Source: Holophagaceae bacterium
GTDB lineage: Bacteria; Acidobacteriota; Holophagae; Holophagales; Holophagaceae
Assembly: GCA_016720465.1 (NCBI GenBank)
Contig: JADKKO010000004.1
Coordinates: 1,569,394-1,633,393, forward strand
DNA length: 64,000 nucleotides
Direction of reading: 5' to 3'
Program-made: the position numbers and the translations under genes
The notes under the pieces: generated by a model
Seen by the model: only the letters and a program-made list of their open reading frames with translations
What the model was told of the DNA's origin: nothing
Database searches by the model: none
In this document: piece by piece, positions 15,426-27,217 of the stretch
Position numbering within the stretch: position 1 is the stretch's first letter
Layout: each line of letters begins with the position of its first letter

Positions 15426-17585
15426 TTGACCCGACCTGCCAGCCCCATCAGCACCCAGCCGGCCATGGCTGGCAAACCTGTCGGCCAGCCTTCGGACGCC
15501 CTCACCCGGGAGCAGCGCATCGCGCTCTTCCGCACGATCTACGCAGCCCGCCGCATCGACGACAAGGAGATCATCGGCAAGCGGCAGAACAAGGTCTTCT
15601 TCCAGATCAACGGCGTGGGCCACGAGGCGGTCCAGGCCGCGGCGGCCATGCTGATGAGGCCTGGCTACGACTGGTTCTTCTTCTACTATCGGGACCGCGC
15701 GCTGAGCTATGGCCTGGGCTACACGGCAGAACAGATGTTCCTGGGCAGCGTGGGCAGCGCCGATGATCCCTCCAGCGGCGGCAGGCAGATGCCCAGCCAT
15801 TGGGGCGAGAAAAACCTCAACATCTTCACCACATCGAGCCCCACTGGATCCCAGTTCCTGCAGGCCGTGGGCGCCGCCGAGGCCATCATCCGGGCCGAGG
15901 CCTGCAACCTGCTGCAGGAAATGGGCATCCACTCGGATGAAGTGGTGCTCACCACCACCGGGGATGGAACTTGTTCCCAGGGTGAATTCTGGGAAGCCAT
16001 CAGCAATGCAGTGAACCTGAAATTGCCGGTGGTTTTCCTGGTGGAAGACAACGGCTACGCCATTTCGGTTCCCAGCGAAGTCCAGTATCCCGGCGGCAAT
16101 GTCGCGGCCCTGCTCAAGGGCTATGAGCCGCACGGCCTGCTCATCGTGGATGATGTGGATGGCTGCGATCCGCTGGCAAGCTACGATGCGATGAAGCGGG
16201 CCATCGACCATGCCCGGGCGCGCAAAGGCCCGGCGCTGGTGCGCGCCCAGGTGATCCGCCCCTACAGCCACTCGCTGTCCGATGACGAAGGTCTCTACAA
16301 GTCCTCCAGCCAGCGCCACGAGGAAGCCCTGCGCGACCCTGTGCTCACCTATGCGAACAAGCTCGTGGAATCAGGCGATGTCAGCGAAGCGGATCTGGAG
16401 CAGATCAAGGCCGAAATCCAGATGGAAGTCGACCTTGCCTGGGAGGCCGCCGAGAAGGCTCCAGTGCCTGCCAGCGGAAGCTATCTCCAGCACCTTTACA
16501 GCGAGGATGTGGACCCGTGTTCAGCGGCTTTCGATACCGAAGCCAGCATCGAGGAGAAGAGCGGACCCAAGACGCTCATTGATTCCGTGAACCATGTGAT
16601 GAAGCAGGAGATGGCCCGGAACGGGCGCATCCTGGTGTTCGGCGAGGACGTGGCCGATGCCACCCGCGCTGAGGTTCTCGAAGAAGTGAAAGGGAAGGGC
16701 GGCGTGTTCAAGGCCACCCACGGATTGCAGAAGGCCTTCGGCGCCAATCGTGTCTACAACTCGCCCCTGGCCGAAGCCACCATCGTGGGCCGCGCCATCG
16801 GATTGGCGGCGCGAGGTTTCAAACCCGTGGTGGAGATCCAGTTCTTCGACTACATCTGGCCCGCCATGCAGCAGCTCCGCGATGAGCTGCCCAACATCCG
16901 CTGGCGGAGCAACGGCGCCTTCAAATGCCCCATGGTCATCCGTGTCCCCATCGCGGGCTACCTGATGGGTGGCGCCACCTACCATTCCCAGTGCGGCGAA
17001 AGCACCTTCACCCACATCCCGGGCCTGCGCGTCATCTACCCCAGCACGGCGCTGGACGCCGCGGGCCTGCTGCGCACCGCCATCCGCTGCGATGATCCCG
17101 TGCTCTTCCTGGAACCCAAACACCTCTACCGCCAGACCCACAACAAGGGGCCCGAGGCCCACGGGGACTTCATGATCCCTTTCGGCAAAGCCCGCACCGT
17201 GCGCGAGGGAAAAGATCTATCCGTGATCACCTATGGCTGCACCGTGTACCGCGCTGTCCAGGCCGCCCGCGAAGCCGAGAAAGAAGGCCTCCACGTCGAG
17301 ATCATCGACCTGCGGTCACTGAATCCCTACGACTGGAATGCCATCGTGGAGACCGTGAAGAAAACCCACCGCGTCATCGTCGCCCACGAAGATACGCTCT
17401 CTTGGGGCTACGGCGCCGAGATCGCCGCGCGCATCGCTGACGAACTGTTCTTCGATCTCGATGCGCCTGTGCGCAGATTGGGCGCGAAGGATACCTGGGT
17501 CCCGTACAATCCACACCTCGAAGATGAAGTGCTGCCCCAGGCCAGCGATTTCCTGGAGGCATTCCAGGCCTTGGCAAGGGTTTAG
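15426..17585 (+). CDS. fused alpha/beta E1 component of a 2-oxoacid dehydrogenase (TPP-dependent)
   Basis: The N-terminal half has the TPP motif [36 protein letters not shown]. The C-terminal half has the E1-beta/transketolase-like motif [31 protein letters not shown]. Confidence 0.9.
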   Translation: MTRPASPISTQPAMAGKPVGQPSDALTREQRIALFRTIYAARRIDDKEIIGKRQNKVFFQINGVGHEAVQAAAAMLMRPGYDWFFFYYRDRALSYGLGYTAEQMFLGSVGSADDPSSGGRQMPSHWGEKNLNIFTTSSPTGSQFLQAVGAAEAIIRAEACNLLQEMGIHSDEVVLTTTGDGTCSQGEFWEAISNAVNLKLPVVFLVEDNGYAISVPSEVQYPGGNVAALLKGYEPHGLLIVDDVDGCDPLASYDAMKRAIDHARARKGPALVRAQVIRPYSHSLSDDEGLYKSSSQRHEEALRDPVLTYANKLVESGDVSEADLEQIKAEIQMEVDLAWEAAEKAPVPASGSYLQHLYSEDVDPCSAAFDTEASIEEKSGPKTLIDSVNHVMKQEMARNGRILVFGEDVADATRAEVLEEVKGKGGVFKATHGLQKAFGANRVYNSPLAEATIVGRAIGLAARGFKPVVEIQFFDYIWPAMQQLRDELPNIRWRSNGAFKCPMVIRVPIAGYLMGGATYHSQCGESTFTHIPGLRVIYPSTALDAAGLLRTAIRCDDPVLFLEPKHLYRQTHNKGPEAHGDFMIPFGKARTVREGKDLSVITYGCTVYRAVQAAREAEKEGLHVEIIDLRSLNPYDWNAIVETVKKTHRVIVAHEDTLSWGYGAEIAARIADELFFDLDAPVRRLGAKDTWVPYNPHLEDEVLPQASDFLEAFQALARV

Positions 17586-17650
17586 GCCGGGCGTGGCTTC
17601 ATAGCTGCAAAAGGACGGTATCGAGGTTGGACAGGCACCGCTGTTCGTTC

Positions 17651-18777
<1,127 letters not shown>

Positions 18778-18784
<7 letters not shown>

Positions 18785-20877
18785 GGGCGCTCCTGGGACA
18801 GCAGATCCTTCAAGGATTCGAACCGGTACTTTTTCGCCAGATCCCGGAGCGGCCTGGCGGCGTCCTGGTCCTCGACCGCATCCAGGATCCTCAAGGCCTC
18901 ATCCAAATCTCCGATCTCGATGGCGGCCAGCAGGTCTTTCCGGGTGGACTCTGACAGGGACCGCGCAGGAAGGGCGGACTCGATGGAGGGCTGCTCCGCC
19001 GCGCGAGGGATGAAGCGGAGGCCCAGGAATTGGCTGATGCAGTCCGTGATTTCCCACACCTGGAATGGTTTCCGGATGTATTCATCGAAGCCCCTGGCCA
19101 TGACCGCATCCCGTTCGTGGTCGAGGACGCTGGCCGTCAGAGCCACCACGGGAAGCCGCTGCGGCGGCTCTCCGGAGGGTCCGGATTCCTGCTTCCGGAT
19201 CCGCTGGAGGACCTCGAAACCATCCATCCCCGGCATCCGGATATCGAGGAAGACCAGGTCCGGGCGGAATTCCTGGATGGCGTCGAGGGCCGAAGATCCG
19301 TCCGCCGCGAGGATCGGAACCGCCCCGGCTTCTTCAAGGATCCGCCTCAGCAAGTCACGGTTCTCTTCTCGGTCATCCACCACCAGAATGCGCGGAGGTT
19401 CCTGCCCGGGCGCAAGGACGCCCGCCACCTTGGCGGTCGATGGTTTAGGATCGGTTGCGGGAAGGCTTTCTGGAGGCAGGGGAATCTCGAATCCGAAGCG
19501 CGTGCCTTGGCCCACTTCGCTTTCAACCTGGATCTCCCCGCCCAGCGCCCGGGCGATGGCCTGGCTGATATTCAGGCCCAATCCTGTGCCTTCGCTGGCC
19601 TTCCGTCCGGCATCGGTCTGGGAGAAACGATGGAAGAGCATGGCTTCGATTTCCTCGCTGGATAGGCCAGGGCCCGTGTCCTCCACCAGGAAATGCGCCC
19701 GGCCGTCCGCGTAGGTGGCCGCCAGGCGCACATGGCCCTGCTTCGTGAATTTGACCGCATTGCCGAGCAGGTTGATCAGCACCTGGCGGAGCTTGTTCTC
19801 GTCGCCGAGCACCCATTCCGGGAATGCCGTCCGCAGCTCCATCAAGAAGGCGATCCCCTTGTCCTGGGCCCGGATGCGGATCATGTCCTCCAGGCTGCGG
19901 AACAGGTCCGCCGGGCTGAAGGGCGCGGGCGTGGCCGTGATCCCGACGGCCTCGATCTTGGAGATGGTCAGCACGTCGTTGATGAGGCCGAGGAGGTGCT
20001 CTCCGGAACGCTGGATCCGGCCGAGCTGTTCCTCCATGTCCGGTTCCAGGTTGCGCCGCCTCAAAAGCTGGGAGTAGCCGAGGATCGCGTTCAGCGGAGT
20101 CCGCAGTTCATGGCTCATGTTGGAGAGGAATACGCTTTTCGACAGGGAGGCCTGTTCGGCCTTGACCTTGGACTCGGCCAACTCGGCGCCCCGGTCCTCG
20201 AGCTGCTGGATGAGGTCCCTGGAGATGTCGAGGGCTTCGTTGAGCCTGGCCCGCCAGCTGTGGACCACCAGCGACGTGAGGGTGAGGAAGATATCGGAAA
20301 ACAGCAGGATGAAAGCCTTCGTGATCTCGGCCCCCCAGGTGTAGGAGTGGCCGAAAAGCCCCATGTAGGCCAAGTACAGGATGGGAAGGACCACCGAGGC
20401 GATGAGGGCGATCCGGAAGGAGGTCAGGGCGAGGAAGGAGATGGGGATCAGCATCACCGGCAGCAGCAGGCTCTTGCCGCTGCCGGTCACATGGATGGCG
20501 AGCAGCACCGCCAGGACATCCAGGCCGGCCACGACCCTTCCCAGATCCAGGAAGCCGACCCTCCGGTAGAACTTGCGGACCAGGGCGAAACTGAGGGCCC
20601 AGTAGGTGAAGGCTGGAAGAAAAAAACGGAGCCCCCGATGCAGACCCGATCCTCCGCCTGTGTCGGTATGCAGGATCACCATCAGCGTCAGGAACACGAG
20701 GGCCAGGGCCCGGAGGATCGGCACCTGGAACCCGTGGTACTGGAATCGCCGCTCCACGGCCTGGGCATTCCGTTCTTCCTCGGTCCGGGCCAGGGTGAGG
20801 CCTTGGGGCGTCAACCAGCTCGGCCAGAAATTCATCAGGCGCAGGATGGCTCGGTCAGAGTGCGGTTTGGAACCCAT
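18778..20877 (-). CDS. membrane-bound hybrid sensor histidine kinase with C-terminal receiver
   Basis: Multi-TM N-terminus, H-box SHELRTPLNAILGY, HATPase (LLGNAVKFT, DTGPGLS, GTGLGLNIS) and REC (ILVVDDREENR...VFLDIRMPGMDG). Overlaps the downstream kinase gene by 7 nt. Confidence 0.9.
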
Positions 20878-21087
20878 TGGAGGCCTTCGGGTGGGGAATG
20901 ATCCACATCATAGGCTCAAGGGCCTTCGAACTCCCATGTCCGCTGGCGACGGGGATGCCGGTCAATCCAGCAGGCGGTTCGATCCAGAAAAAAGAGAGCG
21001 GGGAAGCATCGTTTCTTCGGCGGGGGCCGGCGCGAGGTCCAGACTTGTTGACTCTAATCCGTTGTTCGCACGCCCCGTAGGCCATCC

Positions 21088-21996
21088 ATGCGCCTGGCCC
21101 TCCGGTTTTTTCTATCGCTCCTTCTACTCTGGGCGGGGCTCACGGTGGGCGCGGGATTCGCGCTGCCGGACCACCTGCTCAAGGGTCCCATGCCGCAACG
21201 CGCCGATGCCGAGCGGGAGCGCATCCGCGGAACGATCGCCGAGGACGGGAGCCGCTGGTCGAGGCATGAAATCCCTGGTGGCGAAGCGGCGCCATTGGAA
21301 GTCTGGTGGCTGCACCGCCTCCACTCCAAGGGCGTCGCCATCATCCTGCACGGCTTCGGGGATGACGCCTGGGGAAGCGCTTCGCGGGCGAGGGATCTGC
21401 CGGACTGGGATGCGGTGGTGTTCACCTTCCGCGGCCGGGACCGGCATCCCGAAATCCCTTCAACCCTCGGCGCCTGGGAACGGCAGGACGTGGTTCGCGT
21501 CGAGGGATTCCTGGAAAGCCAGGGCATCCCCCGCCGCCGGATCCTGATCGTGGGAACCAGCATGGGCGCAGGGGTCGGCCTGCTTGCCTTGGCGGACCTC
21601 GAAAAGTCAGGCGGACCGCTTGCCGGGGCCTTGCTGGAGTCTCCCTACAAGGATCTGAGGGATTCCGCGAGCAATCACCTGAAAGGCACACTTGGTTGGA
21701 TTGAATCGTTGGCGAAGCCGGCGGAAGCAATTGCGATATTCCGCGCAGCCCGCACCGCGCGATTCGACCCTGATCGCGTGTCCCCCCTGATTGCCAGCGC
21801 CGGTCTGCGCACGCCCATCGCGCTGCTCGCGGGGGACACCGACCACATCACGCCGCTCGATGGCGTGCAAATGATCGCGCGCCATCATCCGGATCTAACG
21901 GTGGTGCGCGGTGCCGGGCATTGCGAAGCCGGGGGGCGGGTCCAGGGCGGCTGGAAAGCCTGGGCGGATGCGCGGTTATCGAGGTGGGGGCTTTAA
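21088..21996 (+). CDS. secreted alpha/beta-hydrolase
   Basis: Signal peptide, HGFGDD oxyanion region, nucleophile elbow GTSMGAG, C-terminal GAGHCE. Confidence 0.8.
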   Translation: MRLALRFFLSLLLLWAGLTVGAGFALPDHLLKGPMPQRADAERERIRGTIAEDGSRWSRHEIPGGEAAPLEVWWLHRLHSKGVAIILHGFGDDAWGSASRARDLPDWDAVVFTFRGRDRHPEIPSTLGAWERQDVVRVEGFLESQGIPRRRILIVGTSMGAGVGLLALADLEKSGGPLAGALLESPYKDLRDSASNHLKGTLGWIESLAKPAEAIAIFRAARTARFDPDRVSPLIASAGLRTPIALLAGDTDHITPLDGVQMIARHHPDLTVVRGAGHCEAGGRVQGGWKAWADARLSRWGL

Positions 21997-22314
21997 ATCG
22001 GTCCCAAGTCCCGAAGAAGCTCGCGCCATCCGATCGGCGATGAACCAGGACAAGGAAAATCAATAGGGATGCAGGCGATAAGAACCAAGCCCCTGCCTGC
22101 TTTCATCCCCTTCATCGCTGTTGACTCATTTTTATTTCCGATCCGACTGATCTTTGGCGATTGCATTCATGTCGAGTCCCGTGCTTCAGGAAGGCCCGCC
22201 TTTTCCTTGACGGGAGCAGATAGAGGGCGTATCAGGAACCAAGAATCCACCCATGCGAACCATCCGGAAGCCCAAGAATCAATTCCACACGGATGTTGAG
22301 AAAAGGAGAACCGC

Positions 22315-23586
22315 ATGAATTTCTGGAAATTGGCGATATTTTCGGCCCTGGTTTCCACCTGCGGCCTTTTTTCCCATGCATCCGAATCCATCGTCGGCAC
22401 GTGGACCTACCGCCAGGGGTCCTTCACCGACGTCCACGTCTACCATGCGAATGGCACAGTCACGGCGCCGAGTTCCGCTGCGGCACATGCCAAGTGGTGG
22501 ATCGAAGGCGATGAGATCGTCTCCTTCTGGCACAACAAGTGGTACAACAGGCTCAAGCTCCCCATCGCCAACTCCGCCATCTCCGGCGTGAGCATTAGCC
22601 CGACCGGCGTGCGTGCGGCCGTCACGCTGACGCGCATCGGCAGCGAACCGAAGACGGCGCCACCGGCCGCCGAATCCATCGTCGGCACGTGGACCTACCG
22701 CCAGGGGTCCTTCACCGACGTCCACGTCTACCATGCGGATGGCACGGTCACGGCGCCGAGTTCCGCTGCGGCACATGCCAAGTGGTGGATCGAAGGCAAT
22801 GAGATCGTCTCCTTCTGGCACAACAAGTGGTACAACCGGCTCAAACTCCCGATCGTCAACTCCGCCATCTCTGGAGTGAGCATCAGCCCCACCGGTGCGC
22901 GCGCCGCCGTCACGCTGACACGCGTGGGCGGCGTGCCGACGAAGGGACCGACGGATGCCTCGCCGACTGCCGGATCCATAGTCGGCACCTGGACCTATCA
23001 CCACACGTCGGGGATGTTCACGGACATCCATGTGTACCACGGGGATGGCACGGTCACTGCGCCGAATAACGCTGAGGCCCATGCCACGTGGCGGGTCGAA
23101 GGCAATGAGATCGTCTCCTTCTGGCACAACAAGTGGTACAACCGGCTCAAACTCCCGATCACCGGCTCCACCATCTACGGCGTGAGCATCAGTCCGAACG
23201 GAGGGAGCGCGGAAATCACGCTGACGCGCGTGGGCACAGATGGGGGAAAGGATGTCCAGAATCCAGATGGGCCTTTCTCGAATCCGATCAACATCTCCGG
23301 GAAATGGAACGCGTCCTTCATCAACAGGCGCCTGAACTTCCGCCAGAGCGGCAGCCACGTGACAGCGGAATACGGCATCCAGGGCGATTTCACGGCCCCC
23401 AACGTGCTCACCGGAACCTGGCGGGATGCCGCTTCCGGCATCGTCAACAAGTTCCAGTTCGTTTTTTCGAAGGATGCGAACTACATCACTGGCGGATTCT
23501 GGGACCGCAACACCGGCAACTTCGCCTATTCGCGCAGCAACATCATCAATGGAGCGCATCGAGACGGAGTGACCCCGCCCCGCTGA
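22315..23586 (+). CDS. secreted protein with three tandem lipocalin-like repeats plus a related C-terminal domain
   Basis: An AAAAGGAGAA RBS-like element lies just upstream, followed by a signal peptide. There are three repeats of 96-100 aa, each starting SIVGTWTY and containing NEIVSFWHNKWYNRLKLPI. The C-terminal domain has GKW/GTW motifs. Confidence 0.8.
   Translation: MNFWKLAIFSALVSTCGLFSHASESIVGTWTYRQGSFTDVHVYHANGTVTAPSSAAAHAKWWIEGDEIVSFWHNKWYNRLKLPIANSAISGVSISPTGVRAAVTLTRIGSEPKTAPPAAESIVGTWTYRQGSFTDVHVYHADGTVTAPSSAAAHAKWWIEGNEIVSFWHNKWYNRLKLPIVNSAISGVSISPTGARAAVTLTRVGGVPTKGPTDASPTAGSIVGTWTYHHTSGMFTDIHVYHGDGTVTAPNNAEAHATWRVEGNEIVSFWHNKWYNRLKLPITGSTIYGVSISPNGGSAEITLTRVGTDGGKDVQNPDGPFSNPINISGKWNASFINRRLNFRQSGSHVTAEYGIQGDFTAPNVLTGTWRDAASGIVNKFQFVFSKDANYITGGFWDRNTGNFAYSRSNIINGAHRDGVTPPR
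22384..23235 (+). repeat. intragenic tandem repeat, 3 units (starts 22384, 22672, 22972; periods 288 and 300 bp)
   Basis: Units 1 and 2 differ at 5 of 86 aligned residues by eye. Unit 3 is more diverged but keeps a long identical DNA stretch around GAGATCGTCTCCTTCTGGCACAACAAGTGGTACAAC. Confidence 0.9.
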
Positions 23587-23653
23587 CCGAAGCACTCGGG
23601 GCGCAATGCGAACAAAATGCCGCAGGGTTCAAGACACGCAACCCCAAACCTGC

Positions 23654-24460
23654 CTACCGTTCCAGCTTGGGATGCCGAGCGGCCACGTCGTCCGGCGCAT
23701 TGGGCTTGAGGCGCCGGGGATGGGCGGGCAGGCCGATGGCCACGTTGTAGTCGGGGACATCCTTGGTGGCGAGGCCGAAAGCGCCCACCATGGCCCAATC
23801 GCCGACCTGCGTTCCGCTCAGCACCGTGGCGTGGTAGGCCACCCGCGCGCCCACGCCGATCACCGTGTCGCCCAGGTTCACGATCTTCGGTTCCACCAGG
23901 TCATGCCAGTGGCTGTAGATGTTGGCATAGTCGCTGATGCTGGCCCCATCCTTGATCGTGATGGTGCCGCGGTCATCCAGGAGCACGAAACGGTGGATGA
24001 ACACCCCGTCGCCGATGCTGATGTTGTATCCGAAACTCCACTCGACGCCTGTGAAGAACTTCACGCCTTGGCCACAGCTCTTGAAGATGTGCTGCGCGAG
24101 CATGGACCGGAATTTCAGGCCGAGCCAGACGTTCGCGTTGAGGGGCGAATTGTCGAACATCTGCCAAAGCCAGATCAGCGGCTTGATCGGATCCCATTTC
24201 GCCAGCACCAGCTCGCTGTAGTACTCCGCTTCCAAGGTGGCGTTCCGCGGATCGAAATTGAGCAGCATGATTTCTTCGGTGATGTTGCGCGGCGCGCCGG
24301 GCATGCCGTAGAACCCCCTGCATAGCTCGATGCAAAGCTCGTTGCGGTCGGTCCTGGGATCGCGGATGCGGGCGTCGATGTCCGCCACCCAGGTGTCGAA
24401 CCGGGCCGAGGCGGCATCGTTGGGTAGTACGACGAGGCGATTGACCAAGGGGGTCTCCAA
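23654..24460 (-). CDS. hexapeptide-repeat (left-handed beta-helix) acyltransferase
   Basis: The C-terminal half shows LbH repeats (ISIGDGVFI, TIKDGASI, NLGDTVIGVGARVAYHATVLSGTQVGDWAMVGA). It lies next to the GDP-fucose genes. Confidence 0.8.
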   Translation of the reverse strand: METPLVNRLVVLPNDAASARFDTWVADIDARIRDPRTDRNELCIELCRGFYGMPGAPRNITEEIMLLNFDPRNATLEAEYYSELVLAKWDPIKPLIWLWQMFDNSPLNANVWLGLKFRSMLAQHIFKSCGQGVKFFTGVEWSFGYNISIGDGVFIHRFVLLDDRGTITIKDGASISDYANIYSHWHDLVEPKIVNLGDTVIGVGARVAYHATVLSGTQVGDWAMVGAFGLATKDVPDYNVAIGLPAHPRRLKPNAPDDVAARHPKLER

Positions 24461-24611
24461 ATCTGACTTAAACAGTCAACATTACCGTAAAAAGATAAGA
24501 ATTGCAGTCCAGCATTTGTTGGATTTCCTTGGAAATTTGGATGCAGCTCCAGGCCCGGCCCGGGCTTGGCTGGAATCAGATAGCATCGCTTATCGGAGCG
24601 AGGGGAATTGC

Positions 24612-25559
24612 ATGGATGCTCAATCTCGGATCTTCATCGCCGGAGCCGGCGGTCTGGTCGGTTCAGCGGTGGTCAACCGGCTGCGGACGGATGGATTCGC
24701 GAACCTGCTGACGCCCGGGCGGGCCGAGCTCGATCTGACCGACCAGGCGGCACTCAATGCTTTTTTCGAGCGGGAGCGGCCGGAATACGTGTTCCTGGTG
24801 GCGGGCAAGGTCGGCGGGATCCACGCCAATGGCACCTATCCTGCGGACTTCATACGCGACAACATCCTGATCCAGGCGCTGGTGATCGACGCGGCCCACC
24901 GGTTCGGCGCGCGCAAACTCCTCGATCTCGGCTCATCCTGCATCTACCCGAAACTCGCGCCGCAGCCCATGACCGAGGACTGCCTGCTGACCAGCGCGCT
25001 GGAACCCACGAACGAATGGTACGCGGTGGCTAAAATAACCGGCCTGAAGATGTGCCAGGCCTTCCACAGGCAGTACGGATTCAACGCCATCAGCCTGATG
25101 CCCACCAATCTCTATGGGCCCGGGGACAACTTCGATCTTGAGAATTCCCATGTGCTGCCGGCCATGCTGCGGAAATTCCACGATGCCAAGGAAACGGGCG
25201 CTCCCGAAGTGATGCTTTGGGGCACAGGCTCGCCGAGGCGGGAATTCCTGTTCGTGGATGACCTGGCGGATGCCTGCCTTTTCGTGATGCGCCACTACGA
25301 CGGCGAACAGTTCCTGAATGTCGGCACGGGCGAGGATCTGAGCATCCGTGAGCTGGCGGAGCTGGTGGCGCAGGTGACGGGCTTCACCGGCCGCATCGCC
25401 TGGGATTCGAGCATGCCGGATGGCACGCCCCGGAAACTGCTGGATGTCTCCCGCCTGAACGCCCTCGGGTGGAAAGCCAGGACCACCCTTTCCGATGGAA
25501 TCCGACTTTCCTACGACTGGTTCCTGAAGAACCGGGCCCTGGTCCGCGGCGGCGCTTGA
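24612..25559 (+). CDS. fcl: GDP-L-fucose synthase (GDP-4-keto-6-deoxymannose 3,5-epimerase/4-reductase)
   Basis: The start is Met95 of ORF 24330-25559. RIFIAGAGGLVGSA, GSSCIYPK, YAVAKI and PTNLYGPGDNF are classic Fcl/WcaG motifs. Confidence 0.9.
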   Translation: MDAQSRIFIAGAGGLVGSAVVNRLRTDGFANLLTPGRAELDLTDQAALNAFFERERPEYVFLVAGKVGGIHANGTYPADFIRDNILIQALVIDAAHRFGARKLLDLGSSCIYPKLAPQPMTEDCLLTSALEPTNEWYAVAKITGLKMCQAFHRQYGFNAISLMPTNLYGPGDNFDLENSHVLPAMLRKFHDAKETGAPEVMLWGTGSPRREFLFVDDLADACLFVMRHYDGEQFLNVGTGEDLSIRELAELVAQVTGFTGRIAWDSSMPDGTPRKLLDVSRLNALGWKARTTLSDGIRLSYDWFLKNRALVRGGA

Positions 25560-26600
25560 TCAGCGGTAGCCGCCACGGCCGGTTCCGCCATGCCCGGCGT
25601 TCTTCAGCAGGAGTTCCTTCTCCGCGATGCGCAGATCGGAATCCACCATCATACCGGCCAGCATCTTGACATCGGTCTTGGGTTCCCAGCCTAGGATCCG
25701 CCGGGCTTTCGAGGGGTCGCCCTCGAGATGGTCCACCTCCGCAGGACGGAAATAGCGCGGGTCCACTTCCACGTATTTCTGCCAGTCCAGATCCAGTTTT
25801 TCGAAGACGAGGTCCAGGAAGGCCCGGATGGAAATAGATGAGCCCGTGGCCACCGCGTAGTCATCGGCCTGGTCCTGCTGCAGCATGCGCCACATGGCCT
25901 CCACGTAGTCCCCGGCGAAGCCCCAGTCGCGCTTCGCGTCGAGGTTTCCGAGGAAGAGTTTTTCCTGCAATCCAAGCTTGATGCGCGTGGCGGCGCGGGT
26001 GATTTTTCGGGTGACGAAAGTCTCGCCGCGGCGCGGGCTTTCGTGGTTGAACAAGATGCCGTTGCACGCGAACAGCCCATAGCTCTCGCGGTGGTTGATG
26101 ACCTGGTAGTGGGCGTAGACCTTGGCGCAGGCGTAGGGGCTGCGCGGTTCGAACCGAGTGCCCTCGTGCTGGCGCGGCTTGGCGGAGCCGAACATCTCGG
26201 AGCTGCTGGCCTGGTAGAAGCGGATCTGCTTCTGGTTGTGCTTCTGGTAGTTGCGGATGGATTCCAGCAGCCGGACCACGCCAACGGCCACCACATCGAC
26301 GGTGTATTCGGGCTGGTCGAAGCTCACACGCACGTGGCTCTGGGCGCCCAGGTTGTAGATCTCGTCCGGCTGGACCTCGTCCAGCACATTGCGCAGCGCC
26401 CCGGCGTCCGAAAGGTCCCCGTAGTGGAGATGGAACTGCGACTGCTGGTGGGGATCCACATACAGATGGTCGATGCGGTCGGTGTTGATCGACGAGGCCC
26501 GCCGGACGATGCCATGCACCTGGTAGCCCTTTGATAGCAGCAGTTCTGCTAGGTAACTCCCATCTTGACCCGTGATCCCAGTGATGAGGGCGACCGGCAT
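25560..26600 (-). CDS. gmd: GDP-mannose 4,6-dehydratase
   Basis: [51 protein letters not shown] lies 7 nt upstream of the Met chosen (residue 7 of the ORF, whose first codon is TTG). Confidence 0.95.
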   Translation of the reverse strand: MPVALITGITGQDGSYLAELLLSKGYQVHGIVRRASSINTDRIDHLYVDPHQQSQFHLHYGDLSDAGALRNVLDEVQPDEIYNLGAQSHVRVSFDQPEYTVDVVAVGVVRLLESIRNYQKHNQKQIRFYQASSSEMFGSAKPRQHEGTRFEPRSPYACAKVYAHYQVINHRESYGLFACNGILFNHESPRRGETFVTRKITRAATRIKLGLQEKLFLGNLDAKRDWGFAGDYVEAMWRMLQQDQADDYAVATGSSISIRAFLDLVFEKLDLDWQKYVEVDPRYFRPAEVDHLEGDPSKARRILGWEPKTDVKMLAGMMVDSDLRIAEKELLLKNAGHGGTGRGGYR

Positions 26601-26833
26601 GGACATGCTCCTTTTCAATGAAAATGACTCTTGATGAGAATACGCGGCTCCGAGCCTGGGTGGGGCCTTCTCGATCCGCCGAAGGCCGTTTCAAAATAAC
26701 CTTTTCCTTCCTGGATGTTCCATAACAGCGACTTTTGTTGATCTGGCGCTGCGGCTGAAAAGTTATTTTGGAACGACCATTCAAGATCCCGCCGGCTTGT
26801 GTGTATCATGATTGCAGATGCAGTGGTGAAGCG

Positions 26834-26909
26834 GGTCCCGTAGCTCAGTGGATAGAGCAATCGCCTCCTAAGCGATAGGTCGTGCGTTCAAGTCGCGCCG
26901 GGACCACCA
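26834..26909 (+). tRNA. tRNA-Arg (anticodon CCT)
   Basis: Hand-folded cloverleaf. Acceptor GGTCCCG/CGGGACC, D-arm GCTC-AGTGGATA-GAGC, anticodon stem ATCGC/GCGAT with loop CT-CCT-AA, T-arm GTGCG-TTCAAGT-CGCGC, discriminator A and encoded CCA. Confidence 0.9.
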
Positions 26910-27217
26910 TTCATTGCGATCGTATTTTTCAGACCGGATATTTAGATGAAAGAGCCGGGATCGTCCGGCGGATTCCGCGATTTTTTCGTTTTCACCCTTT
27001 TTGGACGTCGAGAAATTCCTAGGGGGGCAGGTCGTGCTAAAGCGCAAGGTTTCCCCGGTGTCCATGGCAGCGAGAGGGTTTACAACAGGGCTATCGAGAT
27101 GAAATGGTTGAACTTCGATCCCATCTTCAGGAATAAAGTTTTTTTCTGAAACTCTTGTTCCTATCCCAGCACGAGGCTATGCTCATGGGCACGAAGTCTA
27201 ATTTATGGAGGATTGAT

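Noticed and set aside
26946-27149. 67-aa ORF, and the antisense ORF 26868-27065, in the spacer after the tRNA.
   Set aside because: There is no RBS and the composition is odd. One overlaps the tRNA gene, and the region is better explained as the ompA-like promoter and leader.
26834-27217. Genomic island integrated at tRNA-Arg.
   Set aside because: There is no integrase, no direct repeat of the tRNA 3' end found by eye, and no mobile genes. Only a modest drop in GC in the flanking spacer is seen.
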